Shown here in pieces: positions 13,210 to 13,613 of a DNA stretch of 13,613 nucleotides. The position numbers and the translations under genes are program-made. Every line of letters begins with the position of its first letter. Positions within the stretch are counted from its first letter, which is position 1. The DNA is from an uncultured Elusimicrobia bacterium (GTDB lineage Bacteria > Elusimicrobiota > Elusimicrobia > F11), in NCBI GenBank assembly GCA_964499015.1, contig CAZCJA010000068.1, forward strand, positions 1 through 13,613, read 5' to 3'. Under the pieces are notes generated by a model. It had not been told where the DNA came from, made no database searches, and worked only from the letters and a program-made list of their open reading frames with translations.

Positions 13210-13613
13210 TGAAACGTCTCTTTTCATTGCGCAATCTCTTCTTATGGGGAAACGTGCTTCTCCTCGTTCTGTTTGTCATGGCGTTCTTGATCGACGCCAA
13301 GCGCGGCTGGCGCCCGTACCAGAAAGAATTCAAGAAGATGGAAATCGCGCGCGCGAAAGAACTTGTCGCCAACGCCAAAACGGACGGTGATCGCGTTTTG
13401 GCCGAGGCCCAACTCAAAGAAGCCAAAAAGATGCCGATTGAAATCCGCCAGATTTGGGCGACGGAAATGGACACGATTGACCGCTGCATCAGCTGCCACG
13501 TCGGCTATGACCCTCTTTATAATTCCAGCCTCACCAATGACCACAAAGAGCATCCCTATAGCGCTTCGAGCAACCCGACCGCACCCGTCTTCCCGCGTGG
13601 GCACACCCGGTCA
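13209..13613 (+). CDS. Membrane-anchored c-type cytochrome, N-terminal 135 aa; the 3' end lies outside the window
   Basis: Its ATG overlaps the cytochrome b stop (TAATG at 13207-13211). [28 protein letters not shown] forms the N-terminal anchor. A heme-c binding motif CISCH follows at about aa 95-99. The frame stays open to the window edge. Confidence 0.7.
   Translation, partial: MKRLFSLRNLFLWGNVLLLVLFVMAFLIDAKRGWRPYQKEFKKMEIARAKELVANAKTDGDRVLAEAQLKEAKKMPIEIRQIWATEMDTIDRCISCHVGYDPLYNSSLTNDHKEHPYSASSNPTAPVFPRGHTRS

Noticed and set aside
1-13613. Search for CRISPR arrays, IS elements or transposases, integrases, phage genes, toxin-antitoxin pairs, long inverted or direct repeats, and pseudogenes
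   Set aside because: None was found by eye. All substantial ORFs are intact and assignable, and intergenic regions are short. The only tRNA-adjacent block is the mot-like operon. It shows no flanking repeats or an integrase that would mark it as a mobile island, although a compositional analysis could not be computed here.

Overview
Bacterial chromosomal window, moderately GC-rich by eye. An unusual EF-Tu switch-I sequence hints at a Planctomycetes/PVC-like lineage, from memory and unverified. No CRISPR array, IS element, integrase or long repeat was seen. Left edge: the 3' end of an isocitrate/isopropylmalate dehydrogenase-family gene converges on an MDR-type oxidoreductase, and their stop codons overlap. 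Centre (about 1.33-7.44 kb): a tightly coupled six-gene plus-strand operon, which is the most interesting part of the window. It encodes a secreted TPR protein, a two-TM protein fusing a FliF-type periplasmic ring-building motif to FliG middle and C-terminal (torque) domains, one MotA/PomA-like channel, two tandem MotB-like subunits and a REC-GGDEF-like regulator with a GGDDF site. No other flagellar gene lies in the window. I read this as a candidate self-contained stator/rotor module, possibly flagellum-independent. Right: a stringent-type stable-RNA promoter with a terminator-like leader hairpin, then tRNA-Gly(UCC), tRNA-Thr(GGU), tuf, rpmG, tRNA-Trp, secE, nusG, rplK and rplA. rpmG and secE are absent from the supplied ORF track. 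Five nt after rplA a Rieske / cytochrome b / c-type cytochrome operon begins where rplJL-rpoBC normally sits. All homology calls come from motifs recognised by eye in the translations; no database search was possible.
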